Below are positions 13,601 to 28,600 of a stretch of DNA of 64,000 nt, in pieces. Source of the stretch: Phoronis australis. Taxonomy: Eukaryota > Animalia > Phoronida. How positions within the stretch are numbered: the stretch's first letter is position 1; the number at the start of each line of letters is the position of its first letter. The stretch covers positions 341,964-405,963 of the forward strand of contig NMRA01000349.1 of assembly GCA_002633005.1 (NCBI GenBank), in the 5' to 3' direction. The notes under the pieces were generated by a model. The model was not told where the DNA came from. It saw only the letters and a list, made by a program, of their open reading frames with translations, and ran no database searches. The position numbers and the translations under genes were made by a program.

Positions 13601-16600
13601 CTACTTCAATTTATTTTAAAATCTGAATTTTTGTACAGTATTTTTGCCCGTATCCAAAATAATGTAATTTTAAAAGATATTCTTGACAGTTGTTACACTG
13701 TTACATCTGCCTGTGCTTCACTTCAGGCCTATACGGCGTTCTCTAGTATTGAAGGTGTGTTTGCATGCTCCTAACTATGCTAACGCATGGTAGGAACTAA
13801 AGAACTAAGTGACAATGCCATTTCAGCATCATCTATGCTAAACAAAGCGCAGTTGTATCCATTCAAAACTTGTAATGTGAAAACAAAAAATTCTGCAAGT
13901 AGGTGACCTTAACATTAATGACTTGCCTTGGGGGATCACATAGCCCACATCATGCAGTGTTATTCCCCAACACCATGTCACACGATACTTACTGGACACA
14001 GTTGTCATTTTCAACACAAAACTCTTTCTTAAAAGCATTTGGCAATTTTCAGTTTATTTCATATTCACATCACCACTGTATGTTTGTTTCTAACTAATTT
14101 GGCCAAACAATCACTGAGTGAAGGAATTAGCCTGCAAGTTCCACTTAAAGTCCTTTGCAAGCGTACTATAGCAACAGATTGACTACAGCTTGTTTATTTA
14201 TTGTATTTCCCTGAAATTGTTGCCATATAGAGACCCATTATCAGAATGGGTACTGTGGAAGCAAGCAACTGTTGTACACAGTGGTTTATCCACGATACGA
14301 AGCCTTAGACATCATTCATACATTCTGCCACCCCATTGACAAGCCAAGCTTCATTCATACGGTTGTCTCACCACATAAGTGTAGGTAGTTGGTTGGCATT
14401 CTGATCTTATTTTCGACGAAAAGATTAGGTACTCATGACAGCTGTGTGGAAGCCAAATTCATCGTCGTAGTTACTGAGAATGACGGGGATGTCTAGGATG
14501 GTGGCTACTAGCAAGCCACTTCATAAGTCGACTTTTGCTGGATAACAGTCGACGAACTAACAGTCATTTTTTCTAAAGCAGAATGTAGTCTTCGTGATGA
14601 GGAAATTGGTATTGTGTCTGATTACATTTGTCATGTACACTGTAAGTGTCCTGGTTGATGTTTCCTAAGTCAGGCAGCCGTCCACATCCATTGTTACATC
14701 TTTAATGATTAATTCACATTAGATGCTATTAAAAATAGAATGAAAAATATTTGTTAAACGTTATAAACACATAGTTCTTTTACTAGGTACTTGTCTATCC
14801 ATAGATACTTGAGATTAGTCTTTGGCTTATCCAGGCGTGTGTTCAGTAAGGCTAGGACCTATGCTGGGACCTAGCTAGGACCTATGCTAGGACCTACGCT
14901 AGGACTTAGCTAAAATCTAGTCAAAGCCACGTGTTCTCATTTAAAATACACGGCAATATCTCATGTAATCCCGCTTGCTTTTTAGCGAGGTCCTAGTGTT
15001 ACTGAACGGGAGGCTGGTGTATACCCTTCTAGAACTGTGAAGTCTGCTCATTATAATAACAACAATAATGACAATAATAATGATAACAATAATAAGGATA
15101 GTGGTGTCGCAATTTTATGCTATAAAATATGTAAAAAAGGCCGACGTGTTACTTAGACCTTCTGCAGGCCTATTGCAACAGGCATGCTTTAATTTCATTG
15201 AGGCACTCTTACTCAGCAAGTCTACCATCCTGTTTGAGGAATTTTGCAATTGTTTTGATGTTTTTGTTGTCTATGACTGTTTTCCCTGAAGTCTTCTCAT
15301 GATTTTGATAGCATGTTGAAAATACGATAGTTTGAACATTGCAACATTTTAAATACAGTGTATATTGAAAGGGCTAACTAAACTCTTTCGTTAACTGGGA
15401 GTCCTAGTAATCTTACAATGTGGGTGTCCAAACTGGAGAAGTTCTGATTGACAGGGCATCCAAATGATACATTGGGTGTCCTTACCATTGCCTCCAGATT
15501 AGTTCTAGGGCATCATCCAAATGGATGCCCAGGACCTATGCTGCATGAAGGCCTGGCAGTCACATAAAAGGCACACCGTGAACCTCTTGGGGTCAAAGGT
15601 CATCTCTTAGATGCGATGCTGTGCCCTCACAAAATTGGACTAAATTGTTGAGTTATGCAGAGTTTTCAGTCAAAGTCAAAATAACACTCATTTGGCCAAA
15701 ATTTTAGATCCCAGGGATTGTTCATAATGTCCGAAATTGTGTGACGGACATACATAGAATTTGTACGTCCGTCACATGTCATCACACCCTTGAAAATACA
15801 AATTTTCAAAAGTATCCTGTGTTGTTATTGTTACTTTGCAGACTTGCAGAAGATGAAATTTGTCTCGTATAAGAATTTAAAATTTGACTCACTCATTTTA
15901 TTGTGTGCAGTTGAAGGACCCATTTCTTAGACTGGTGATTGTCTTTAAAATGCAGATATTAGCGGACAAAAATGAGGAGTTGCGATGAGTTTTGATGGCT
16001 TATTTTTCTGCTGTTTGACATTTATTTGTCAAAAACCTGAGACTCTGCTCCTTGGCTATGAACAAATACAACAGGAAGCTCTGGTGCGCATTTAAGGTTT
16101 TTAGAAATTCATGTTGATAGCAAAAATGACCATTTTCACTAAAGTGGCAGTCTGGTCATGCAACTGTGTGACATTTTAAAGTACAACTTTAGAATTTTCG
16201 GGAAATATGTACTGTATCCGTACAAGTCAATGCCTAGCACGTGGAATTCAGGAAATTCAAAAATTGGAGTGGGCATTAAGTTCTGTCAGAACAGTAATTT
16301 TTCAGCTATTTAGGACACAATATGGGGGATAATTAAAATTTTATTTTGTCAAATTTCTCACCAGGAATTGATATTAAGAAAATTTAGTCAGTAGCTAGCT
16401 TAGTTTGTAACATATAAATGTCATAAAACAACATTTGGTGATAGTTTCCATAATTTACTGGAAAGTATTAAGCCTTTGAAAAATGGAAAAACAACAATTT
16501 CAGCAATTATTTTTTGTCCCGAATACATGAAAAATTAACGTACATGGTCGTTTCAAAAGAAATTTTTGGAAAGTTTGGTGCTTACCTGAACAGTCTATTG

Positions 16601-19600
16601 GGTTAATGGCTAGGGAAGTTTGTTTATTGCAGGCGTTTCTTGCTTGCCAAAAAACGTCTGGAATGTCAAGGTAAAATTCCATAGCAATTTCTTTAAAATT
16701 CGTTATGATAATTGTTTCTTCAATTTTTGATCAACAATTAGCCATGGGCATAAAGGTGAGATTTCTTAAATTTCAGTCAAGAAAGTGACATTTGCCTTCT
16801 TTGGTAGATGCATTTTAGATACCGTACCATTAATTAATTTCCGATTTTACTAGGTTGATAACACAATCACGTTTTTTAGAAAATGTACATGGTTTACTGA
16901 ATTTTATTGAAAATTATACGTCAGTTTAAACCCAATGATGTTGCAGATGCTTTTTACTGCAAATTTTGTTGATTTCATCAAAGTTTTTGAATGGACTGTT
17001 TCTAGTCCCACTTTATGAAAAAAATGCTCCAAATATTTAGTGTTTATTTCTGCCAGTTTTTTATTTTGCCAGTTTTATTCTTCAGTATATCGGAACTTCG
17101 AAATTGATTTAACCTTCTAATTGTAAAAAATGACTTTTTAAAACAAGCTTAATCTTTTTTCATGAGGTAGGTTGCAATGATGCATATTGTTGTTTGAATG
17201 CAGTTTGTAGTTTCTTAACGCAAATTGTACATAGCACTGCAAACTCTTCACAAATAGTTATGCAAGCCGCCTACCTGGTCTTTGTCGCACTTTATTGTGG
17301 TTCCAACGGTTCCTAATTGAGCCACATGTGACGATATTTGTTAAGCCAATTGATGAGTTCGTTAATGAGTTACTGGGTGTTACCAGCAATGTCAACCTGG
17401 TTGACTGTTTTCCTCATGACTCTTCGTGTTCTGCTTCATTATGTGAACAGTTTGATGTGCATCGTGCCGTCTCATTGGATGACACATTCCGGCGGTTTTG
17501 CTGCTCAGGAAAAAAAATCAATGAGCTCTTAGTTGCAGTTTGAATGTGAAGTGGTGTGCTCAAACAGATTTGTTCTCACCTAGTCGGATACAAGCGTACT
17601 GTGATCATTTCCATGTTGGCAGCCCTGGATTTGCTCGCCTCACAAAATGTGGAGAAAGTACACCACTCTGTCCATTACGTATGTGATGTCATTTCCCGCT
17701 TCGGATCACTGCCGGACAGCTGTATTCTGCCGGATGGGACCAGAAAGGTCTGTGATGGCTGCTGGGGAGTTGAGTTAGGTCTTGTCTGTAGGTCGTCCTT
17801 TGGGTGGTGATGAAGCTTGTGATAGGATATCGCTAGTTCTGTCTGTAATCAGTGGTTAATCTTTTAAGACTTAATCTTTTAATATTAACCATTGACTATT
17901 TAAATAGTAGTTTGCACGGCAGCATTTTTAGCTCGTTTTTTCCTAATTTGAGGTCTAAAAATTTTGAAATGTTTTTGGCGGTTAGAGGGTCATGTCATCT
18001 TGTAGAATAAAGATGTATTAAAAAATACACTTTGTCAGACGGGGTACAGATAGTATCCAGTGAATTTTTGCTTAGAAGTAATGAAAAAGGTAGTGGAATT
18101 ATTTTGAAAATTTATTTTGCAAACCGCTGCAGGTTACTACAAGACAGTTTAGTGATCAGTCATGTACTTGGAACATATCAGCTAGCAACATACCAGCTAG
18201 CAACATACCAGCTAGCTTTTACTTGGTCTGCTGTGGCAAGTGTTAAACTTGGAATAATTTAAGTGAATTATCAAGGACATGTTGTGTATTTGGGAACAGC
18301 CCAATACGAATTCAAACCCACCGGCTCACTGGCGGTAGTCCGACACTTTGCTCGTACAGCTAAAAAGTCTATGTGACAAGCAGCTAAAGATTTTAAATGT
18401 GTTGAGCTGCTAAGATCATTGGCCTCCATTCTACTGAATGCCGAGAACCTAATGTTGGGAATCGGCAAATCACAAAATACGATGGATTTGCTGTTTTATA
18501 GCTCTGGTCAAAGCTAGTAACTTCAAGTAGTTTATTCTACAATAATTTCAAAGATGCGTTTTCGAATTGAAAACCAACTGTGTCAAATTGACAGTGCTTT
18601 TACAGACAAGAGAAATTGGTGGCACTTTGAAAGCATTTTCTATATAGTATGTGATACATGCTAGGGCATATGATCCTTAAAGAGCACCCTTGGGCATCCA
18701 CAAGGACCCTTTCTTGGTGTGGGCTCTATCGATTGCATTCGTGGAATCTCCCTCTCGAAGGTTTCATCTTGTGATGCTTAAGTGTTTCATACCTAGCGAA
18801 CATTTGATTTCACTAGGTATGTAGAGATTGCAACTGATTTAGTGAGAGATACTATGGATTTCATCTTGATCGTGCCAGATAGGAGACTGTTTAATAATGT
18901 GTGGTAATTGTTACAAATCCCTCAATAGTCAATACCTGACAGGGGACTGACCTGGTGTGATGTTGCGCTTCTATTTCCAGGTAGATAATGTGAGATTGCT
19001 CGACAGGTTCAGTGCCAGGAAGCCATCGTTAGGCACGCTTTACCTGACTGCGACGCATTTGATCTTTGTAGACCCCGCTGGCAAGAAAGAGACATGGGTG
19101 AGTTTTGTCTAACTTGGCAATATCCGTCTGTACACTATCCAAGTAACAGTAAAAACTTCTGCTTTGATATTCAATATTGGCAGTCTAATGGCATTTTCTT
19201 TTGTCATATTTCCTGAACAGAAATGATTTTTAAAGTCCAGTGTTACGTTGGCATTCTTTGTATGACATAGCTGTCGCCAAACACCACCGCTGGGAAAAAA
19301 CTGAACTGTGTAGCAAACAGTTGGGAAATAGAAAAATAACAACTTTAAAACAGTTATTTTTTGTGCCGAATTGAACATTGGGGAACTCGAAATTCCCTGA
19401 GCGCCGCCTTTATGTAGCAAGGGTCGTACTCGTAGAAGTGCCTGCCTGCATTCAGGTGATCACACACAGTCCTTATCACATGACTGGCCACATGCTGATG
19501 AATGTGTTCTTGATCTATTCTGGTGTTTAAAAGACAGATATTTCTTCATTAACTTCCCGTACTGACTATCGAGTAGCCCATTTTTATTGTAACTTATCCA

Positions 19601-22600
19601 GACTTGCGTTTGTTATGTTCCTGATGCAGGCTTCTTTTAACCCACATACAATTGGCATAGTCACCTCAACTTTGGACTTTAAATCTTGTGAGAAAAATGA
19701 AAGACCTTTCAAAGGATTTTAATTTCACAGCGTCAGTTTTCTTTTCCTTTAAGTCCTTATTCGTCAAATATACATTACCAAGTAACAATATTTTTAGTGT
19801 CGGTACGCAAGCCACATTCACACCGCATTTACCCTAGGTAGGTGCTGCCAGACCCGTTATTGAGTATTTTCTTTGTTGAAGCTTTTTAATTTTTAACGTT
19901 ACTTATTTATTTTTATTTATCAGCTAATGTTCTCATCCATTGTAGAGTTGCTGATGTTAATTTAGTGATAAAATGAAATCAAATTAAAACGACGTAACTT
20001 AGTATGGAAGCCTGAGGCACGACTGGAAGTTTCATCATACATTCAAATACAGTAATTTTGGTAAATAATGTAAGATTTGAAAAAAATATAAGATGGGAAT
20101 GGAAAAAAAGTCTTGTGTAAAATTTTGCGCGAAATTTTAATTTGACAACTGCCTCGGAATGAAGTTGAAAATTTTCTACTAAATGTGTTGTGTTAACCCC
20201 TTGATGCTTACTGTAAGATCTCGCCAATTTCAGACTAAAATAATTGCCGTAATTGTTCCACTCATTTTTCAATGTTTATTAACGTTGCCTTTAATGGCCA
20301 CAGTTTTTTCAAAATATTGTCTGTTGGTAGCCATGGTACAGACTTTGAACGTGGCAGAGCATTATTTTGGTCACAGGTGCAATGTTTCTTTTACGAAAAC
20401 AAATTAGAAATATTTTTGTGGGGTTTTCCATAATTCTGAAATTTGTCTCGTAATTGTTACTTAGCATTCCATATAGCATAGAAATGTTATTTTAAATTTT
20501 CAACAAAAATGCGAGTGTTGAGCCAATTGTAGGCTATTGTGAGTTTGGTACACATACTTTGTTTGTACTGAGTGGATGTCTTAAAATGAGATTTTGGAGG
20601 TTTGGAATACTTTCAGCAAGATTATCAGGTTTTGAAAAAGAGTAGAATGCTATTTGGGTCATTATTTTATGGGAAATAAGCGAAGAATTATTAGTAGCGC
20701 CCTCGTTGGTGCTTTCACAAGCTCCCGACGTGCAGCTTGTTTGTTGAAGGAGAGATTGAAGTCTTGATCATGAATTTGAGCAAACTGTAATGAGTGTGAT
20801 AGAGGCACTCTGGAGCACGGCATTTAATTACTTTAAGATGAAACAAAATCATCAGTTAATGAAGTATTGTGATTCAATTAGTGCGGAAAATTGTTTGAAT
20901 TATTACCGGTGGTAATTTTCCGCCTACACTGGATACCATACACTTCCCTTAGATATTCTGTTGTATGTATTTAGTGCTCAGTTCGTCTTTCCTGTGATGT
21001 TCAACATTAGTCTCCACTGAAAGCATTGAAAGCATGAAAATTTTGAGACATCCAGTTGAGAAAACAGATCAAGTTTGAGTCTAACACTGGAACTAAAACT
21101 TACAAAAATTAGCGACGTTGCGTTCGCATCTCACGGAATTCAGCTTGGCTTTTTACGTAATCGTTATTCTGGCGAATTGGTGGTGTTTTGGCTAAATGGC
21201 ACGGCACTGACATCAGTACACCATCCCATACGTGTGACAAATCGAATTGTAAACCGCCTCTTTTATTTAAAGAGGGACTCTCAATGCGCTCATGGAGAGC
21301 TTCCTTTACACCCCCTTTGAACCAGTCTTCCTCACAGTCTAAGATAGTAACATCATCGGTATTGAAATCATGTCCAGTAGCGCACATATGGCTAAAAATA
21401 AACCCTTCAATTCTCTCCGCAGCCAACTGGTTAATGTCAAGGACAAGACCCCCAAGGTGAATAAATCATGTGTTGTCTATGGTGTCAGGTGTAAGGATCA
21501 TTAAAATGCGTATGTCACAACATCATCGTCCTAGTTACGGGGACACTTATGATTCGGCTATTTTTAGCCACATGTGCGCTACTGGACATGATTTCAATAA
21601 GGATTATGTTATCTTAGACTGTGAGGAAGACTGGTTCAAAAGGGGTGTAAAGGAAGCTCTCCATGAGCGCATTGAGAGTCCCTCTTTACATAAAAGAGGT
21701 GGTTTACGATTCGATTTTATCACACGTATGGGATAGTGTACTGACGTCAATGCCACACCGTTTGGCCAAAACGCCACCAAATGGCCAGAATAACGATAAC
21801 GTCACAAGCCAAGCTGAAGTGCGTGAGATGCGGACGCAACGTCGCTAATTTTTGTAAGTTTTAATTCCAGTATTAGACTCAAATTTGATCTATTAGTCTC
21901 CACTGATTTATGGTACATAGACAAATTGAAAATTTTATTTCATAAAATTATTCAAAACTGTCCAAAATGAAGTAACTTTGTAAAAAATCAATTAAAATGT
22001 ATAACAGTTTTACTCTTTTCTATCATCAATCTAAGTACAAGGGCCATCTTGCGGAAACAAGGTCTGAAATAAAAGGCATTAATTTTCTTTAATCTGAAAA
22101 AAGTCTGTTTAAATTTCTGAAGGTTTAACAAAATGAGCACCTGAACGCGATACTGAGGTTCACCTGTGTAAAGTACTGTTCTCTTCTTTGCACTGTTTGA
22201 TTGATTGAAAAAACTGCAGAATATAACTGACAGTCAACAAGAGGCATTTTCACTCCATTTTTTATGTATCCTAACACACGAAGCCGTCTCTGGCGATTCT
22301 TTACAAATATGTCAAAATAACCGACTTGTCAGTTGAGACTCAGACCAGAACATGCATTTACCACTAACTGAGATCAAGGAGATCGCTGCAATGCAATCAA
22401 TACCAGTCCGTTCAGAAATACAACACTCAACATCCCCAGAGGACACTTTGATTGGCAATTTTCAGAATTTGCAATCTTCTTTTAAATAACACCGTATTAA
22501 CCTCATCTCCATACGACTGTCCAGGTCCGCTGGGAAGTGGCTGCTTAAACATTGCAGACGATCAGTCTCGTGTTTTTTCACCTCATTAAACTTTTGCTAT

Positions 22601-25600
22601 AGACACGTGCCTGACAGGAAGTCTCATCAACCGGCCGTGTAAACGATGCTTGTCTTTAATCATGCGTACAAGCTTTTATCTTCTCTTGCATGGCGTGCTG
22701 TGCGTGCCGTGCGTGCCGGCACATGATAACAATGTTATCCTCCATGCTGGGATGCATCGAGGCACTGCTAATGTCAAGGATTTCTGACTGAACACACTCT
22801 CTAAACAAATAAATTTCCAGAACATCCTCCTACTAAAAATGGACAGGTGGGTGCTGTCTTCTTTTTCCGTACCTGGATATTGAAGATGATGATAGCGATA
22901 TTGAAGTAACAAAGGTGGTGGGAAAATTTACGGATGTAATTTTCACCAGTGTCAGTAGGTATGGTGAAACACTGTCAGCATGTATCAATACCATTTGGCC
23001 CTGGATTACCCTTCCCTAACAGCAATACACATTGGGAATACAGAGTTTGAAGGGCAGCGATTCAACATTGCCAATATCCCAGTATGCCAAAATATCACAT
23101 AACCACCAGGTTGGTCATTTTGATCATCAGTGTCTTAAGATTACGCAGTGCCCTAAAAAAATGGCTGCTTTCGGCTTGCTTCAGAATGTTTTATCTCGGA
23201 AATGTCTTGGGGGGGTAGGTATCATCTCCGGTGGGAAATTTATCTTTGAACCAATGAGATGAAAGTATTTAATTTTGTTGTTGACTCTGGTTGGATTTTT
23301 CAACACGTTTGGAGGATCCAGCCTTGCCTAGAACTTGTATTATAAGCTAACTTAAAACAATTATTGAGCTGTCCCTCAACTCTCCTTGTCTGGCATTTCC
23401 CCTTGCTTGTCTGTCTCGTTCATCCCTAAAGAGGATTACTACTGACTTACATTCATTTCACCAAGCTTGTGACTATTTTAGTCACACTAATACATTTATC
23501 TGATTTCAACATGATTGAGTCACTGCCTGTCCAACAGTGCTTGTCCAATAAGCTTAGTACTATGGATTGACGTTCTTTGCCAACCCCAAGAATTAGGACT
23601 TCAGTTACAAAGAATTACAACAAAATTTTAAGCCGATCTGGTGGGAAAAACAGATGTCTTAGACAGCGGATTGTCGTGTTGTCAAAACTATGTTCTGAGT
23701 GTAAACTAGTCTGGACTAAATCTAGTGCGAAAGTAGCTTAACTAAGTCTCTGTCCTTCTTTGAACCTGAATCTTCAGAAAATGTAAATTTACTATAAAAG
23801 ATTGAAAGTCGAGTTAGAACATTAGAACAGAGTGTTTTTGACGTCACACTATTTATTTTCTGGCAGGAAATTACATTTCTTTTTCTTTTAGACTAGCCGC
23901 TGATCTGTCATTTGCATGTAGGTGAACCATTTGTCTTTTCAAGTTAAGGCAAGTGACAAATGTGTGCTGTTGAGGCAGCAACCTGTCAATCAAAAAATTA
24001 TGTTCCATTCAGAATAGGAGACTCGATATTTATAGTAATTCTCCACTTACTTTTGCACAAAATAAATTAAATATATATTTTCCTGACAGTCAGGTTGTGC
24101 CAAATGAACTGGATATACAGACATTGTAGTTGATGGGTGTGGCAAAATTAACGGAGTAACCAACCGTCCGCAACTGCCCCAGTGTCAATTTAACAAAATG
24201 TGGCTTAGGGGTTGCCAACATGATGTGCCGTACGGTAATTAAGAGTAATTTAATTACTATATCTTGTTCTAATATGAGAGTAGGTTTGCTAAATCTCTTT
24301 TCGTTTCGTAAAACTTTTGATGTTTTTCTCATGAAAATCTGTCATCAAAGTCCTATTTTTGATAGTCCCTCTTGCAAAAACGTAGCATTTTAGAAACAAT
24401 TGCCAAATTCCTTTGTAGCGTATAGAAGAACGATGTATAAATCAAGAGCATCTGAAAGTTTCCAGATCTGTCTTATAGTGGTGCCAATGAAAATAGGGTC
24501 TCTCTCTTTATTATCTGAGTTTTGTGACTTGGGTTTTGTTTTGTGAATGATCAAAGCTAATCATTTCACAAAGTTTAGACTACCTCGTAAAGAACTCCTG
24601 AAATAACTTTTTGTCCCAAAAACCTGCCGCGCTACTTTGAGAGAACTTCAATTACATTTTCATGAAAACGGTGCTCATTTTGTTTTTTGGTTGTAAGCTT
24701 GACAAGAGAGTGACTGTTCAATATGGGTGGGTTTTAAACTGTTATAGATGTCACTGGAGAGCTCCTGAGCAGTAGTTTACTGTGCCTGATAACATGTCAT
24801 GTGACATGAATTGATCAGCTGGATATGATGTTCAAATCACCCAGTAGGGGTCAGGTCAAGTAAATCCCACACTAGATTAAATTTGAGAAGGACAACACCA
24901 AGATTCATGTATTAATTAGTCCCCTGGGGTTGTAGTTTCTATGTCTTCATCAGTAAGACCTTGCCTGGGGCAATCTTAGCTCAACAGATAAATAGTAACA
25001 TTGATTAAGGACTGAAAGATATGCACTGAAGAAAAACAACAAGGCATGGTATGAGTTGTAGAGAACATCAAACAAGTAGGGTAATGTTATTGTTAATGTT
25101 AGCAATACTGAGATCTCCTTGTAGGAGTTCAAGTAGAAACACCCAAATTAGTCAGCTATGCAAAACAAGAAGTTAAAACTGAAAAATCACATTTTATTGA
25201 GTAATGTCACTGGCAAGTCATCCAAAAAGTAACATTTTGGCTTCTAAAGGTATGATAGTCAGAGGAGTGCACTAATCGCTCACATTTGGGGTGTTGGTGA
25301 TTGGGAGAATTTATTTCGTTGTGAATGTTGTGTTCTCCTTCAGAATGTTAGATTCAGCGGTTCAAAAATTGATTCGGTAAAATCTGACCAATTTCGGATA
25401 AGAACAAAAATTTGAGTTATGAGTATATTCCAATTGTGTGATTTTGCTGATCTACAGTGTGATCCTGATAGGAATGATGGGTGCAGTAAGCCTATTAAAG
25501 CTTCGTTTTCCCCTTTTAGCTGGCCAAAAAAACGGAAATCAAATTTGGCCTTCTACTGTCATAAAATTGATCTTTTAATATTTCCTACCATGATAGGATT

Positions 25601-28600
25601 CTATTTCCGGTACCAACAAAGCAAGATCATCGAAACCAGCCCTAAACTTGTAAATCCTAAAATTGTGAATTTGAAAATGGAAAAGGGAAGTAGAATCCTA
25701 TTAAGGTAAGAAATTATACAACCGCTTTTATGTGAGTGAAAGGCCTTACGTATTTGCTTTTCATTTTTAACCTTCGAAACAAGATGAAACGCAGCTTTAA
25801 ATTTTGTTAATAATAATTAATTGGAATTAAATATGGTTTGATTTTTGTTGGCAACTGAGTAGTGTGAAATTAAGGACCCTCTTGAGTCTGCCGTTCATGT
25901 GTTAATGCCTTGACTTTTGTTGTTTGCTAATTCAATAAGGTTTGTTGTAAACTGATGAGCTTAAACTGATGAGCTTACACTGATGAGCCGTTTAATGGAG
26001 ACTGGGTCTTGGTTGAATTGTTGACTTTGGCAATGTTCCTCTGAAGGACGAGGAACATTTATGCCATTATTGGTTAACAAATGTGCTACACAGTCATACT
26101 AAGCAGAGGTGTGTTGTTTCTAAGTACTATTAGGTGTCTGATTCTAAGAAATTTTCATCAATAATTACTCAGGCGATTTGATGTAATATTACCCGTTTCG
26201 TTAACGGGTATCATGTATTACATGATGTGGACTTTCTTCTCTGTAGCAAAACACCTGCGCCATTTTGTATCTGGTTACTACATTAAACTTGGGCTAGTTT
26301 CAGACTAAAAGAATTGCCAAAATTAGTTGTCTTTTATTTTTATAATGCTTCCAACATTGATGTGAATGCCTACATTTTCTTAAAGCATTGCTCGAAGGCA
26401 TGTTGCTGCATATGACCTAAGACTGTTAAAGCCTTTAATATTTTGTGCTGCTGTTGGGAAAAAAAATAAGAAATACAATTCTCTTGTCTGTAATATTGTT
26501 TCCTTAGATAAAAAATGAATTGGGTATTTTCTGTCCAAAAAACAATTAGGCAAATTCAACATTTTATGACATGAAAATCACAGTAAAAATTCTTCAGTTT
26601 GAGACATAAGTCATTGCTGAAATTTTCATTTTTTTTCTGTCGTTTACATCATTGATGCAAAAAGCAAAAGCTCAAATTTTCACAAATCATTCAGTGATAG
26701 CTATACTGCAGTTTTCTGCAGGCAGGCTCATCTTCAGATACGCTCAGTGTGCGTACATTAGGAATATTTCCACAGGTACACCTAAGGCATACATTCAGGA
26801 AAATATGCAAGGTTGAATTCTAAGTTTCCCTAATTTCATTGGAAACAGAGACGAAAACCGTAGCTATAAGTTGCTTTCCCATTAGGAGAATTCCAGTCTA
26901 TCGCAACTCCACCGCAACTCCACCGCAACTCCACTCACCTTTCTCATTGACTGGTGACATTAGGGTACCGTTAGTTCTCTGGATTAAACACCAGATGGCG
27001 TGTTTGAATGGCACTCTCGAACTAATGGATTCGACTTTAGTTAACATCGCCAGCCATTTGTGATGAATAATGCCAAACTGATACAGCGTTAATCTGTGTC
27101 AGATTTCTCTTTGCATATTCCTTCACATGCGACTATTAAGAGTGGGAATAACAAATGTCTTGTTGAATCTCGCGACCTCTTGTAATTACTCCATCTGAAG
27201 TGGAGTTAATGTTTCCAACTATAGCAGAGCTTTATCACAAAGTGGAACTATGCAAAATAGGTGTTGCTGGTGTTGGTTGGAAAGTGATAAAAGTGTGTAT
27301 TAAATTATAAACTGCTACCTGTGGACACAATCATACTTTACAATGTTGTGTATTGACTGACCCTCATGGTTTCAATTTGCTCCCCAAGTCCAGTATTGAT
27401 TTACCCAGATGTATATTCAGGTCACTTGCAAAAACTTCTGGTCTCCACTGTAAACTCACGTTTTCCAAATGTACATCAGGAGCTTGTGAAGAAACCCTCT
27501 GGTACCTAACTCACCATGCCAAGTTTACTTATGACTGAGACCAGCTAGCCCACGATCTTACCATAATTGTATACCCATCATCTCTCTAATGGTAGCAATG
27601 TTATTCTTCCATTTCCGATGGGAAATGGCATTATCAATACCGGCACACGTGGACATGACAAGCAGCAAATTGGATAAAAAACAGAAATTCGGATTTGCCA
27701 AAACAGGTTTTTGTATTTGTGAAAAGGGAAAGGGTCTGCAGATTGATTGCTGTTTATTAAACATATTTTATAGAGATTGGTATGCTTTACCAACCATAGA
27801 TATCATTGCATATTAAGAAAGCCTGGTAATTTAGAGCTGTTTAAGGGAAAATACCATTATATTGGAACATTCGCCAGTTTATTTTGTGGATAATATTTTG
27901 TTGACGAAATGACTGTGTTTATTCCCCAGCAGAAGCAAACCCTTTTTCGCGGTTAGATAATCCTGTGTCAAGTTGTTCTCTTCCACTGGAATTCATGGGA
28001 AGTTTCAGCAGCACAAGAACATGCATTCGCTGTTGTTGATTGATGTGATGCATGCCTGAAAGAACGTTAAAGTCTCAAGGAAATGTCAACGAAGTCCCTG
28101 GCAAATTCAACAGAAAACCCTTGATAGAGTATGAGCATTTTGTTGAAAATTTTACGTGATGGTGATTGTGTGTTTTTTTTTACAGATGTTACACATGCAT
28201 GTCTCATCCGTGGACAAGTTGCCCCTGACGACAGCCGGCTCACCCCTCCAGATACGCACGAAGACGTTCATGTGCGTTACATTCGTCATTCCCCGAGAGC
28301 GAGACTGTCATGACATCTACATGACCCTGTTGGCATTGTCCAAACCAGGTGAGTGTCACCTGCAGTGCGACTGACAGTATGTCATTATGGCTACAGTGTC
28401 AGACTGGTCTTCATCTTCAGACTGGTGTGATACCCACTGTGTCATTGGCTTAATAGCTTCAGTCATGACATATTATCATGACGTCCTCCCTGGCTGCCAT
28501 GATTTGGACTGTAACAGTGCCTGTAAATGCGTTTAGCGCGGGTCTTTGTTTTGTTTAATGACATTCACTGCATGATCTATGATTTGATGTGCATTTGTCT

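Noticed and set aside
18177-18215. Short tandem triplications (15 bp here, 14 bp at about 25960, 21 bp at about 42750)
   Set aside because: Ordinary slippage repeats deep in introns.
18977-18986. CCAG|GTAGAT acceptor-donor juxtaposition resembling a recursive splice site between two long introns
   Set aside because: The GT is the conserved Val codon starting exon 2, and GTAGAT is a weak donor. There is no other support.
22500-22860. GC-richer patch with a donor-like CAG|GTGGGT in intron 2, a possible extra first exon
   Set aside because: ATG GAC AG| is phase 2 while exon 3 needs phase 0, and there is no further evidence. It cannot be supported without transcripts.
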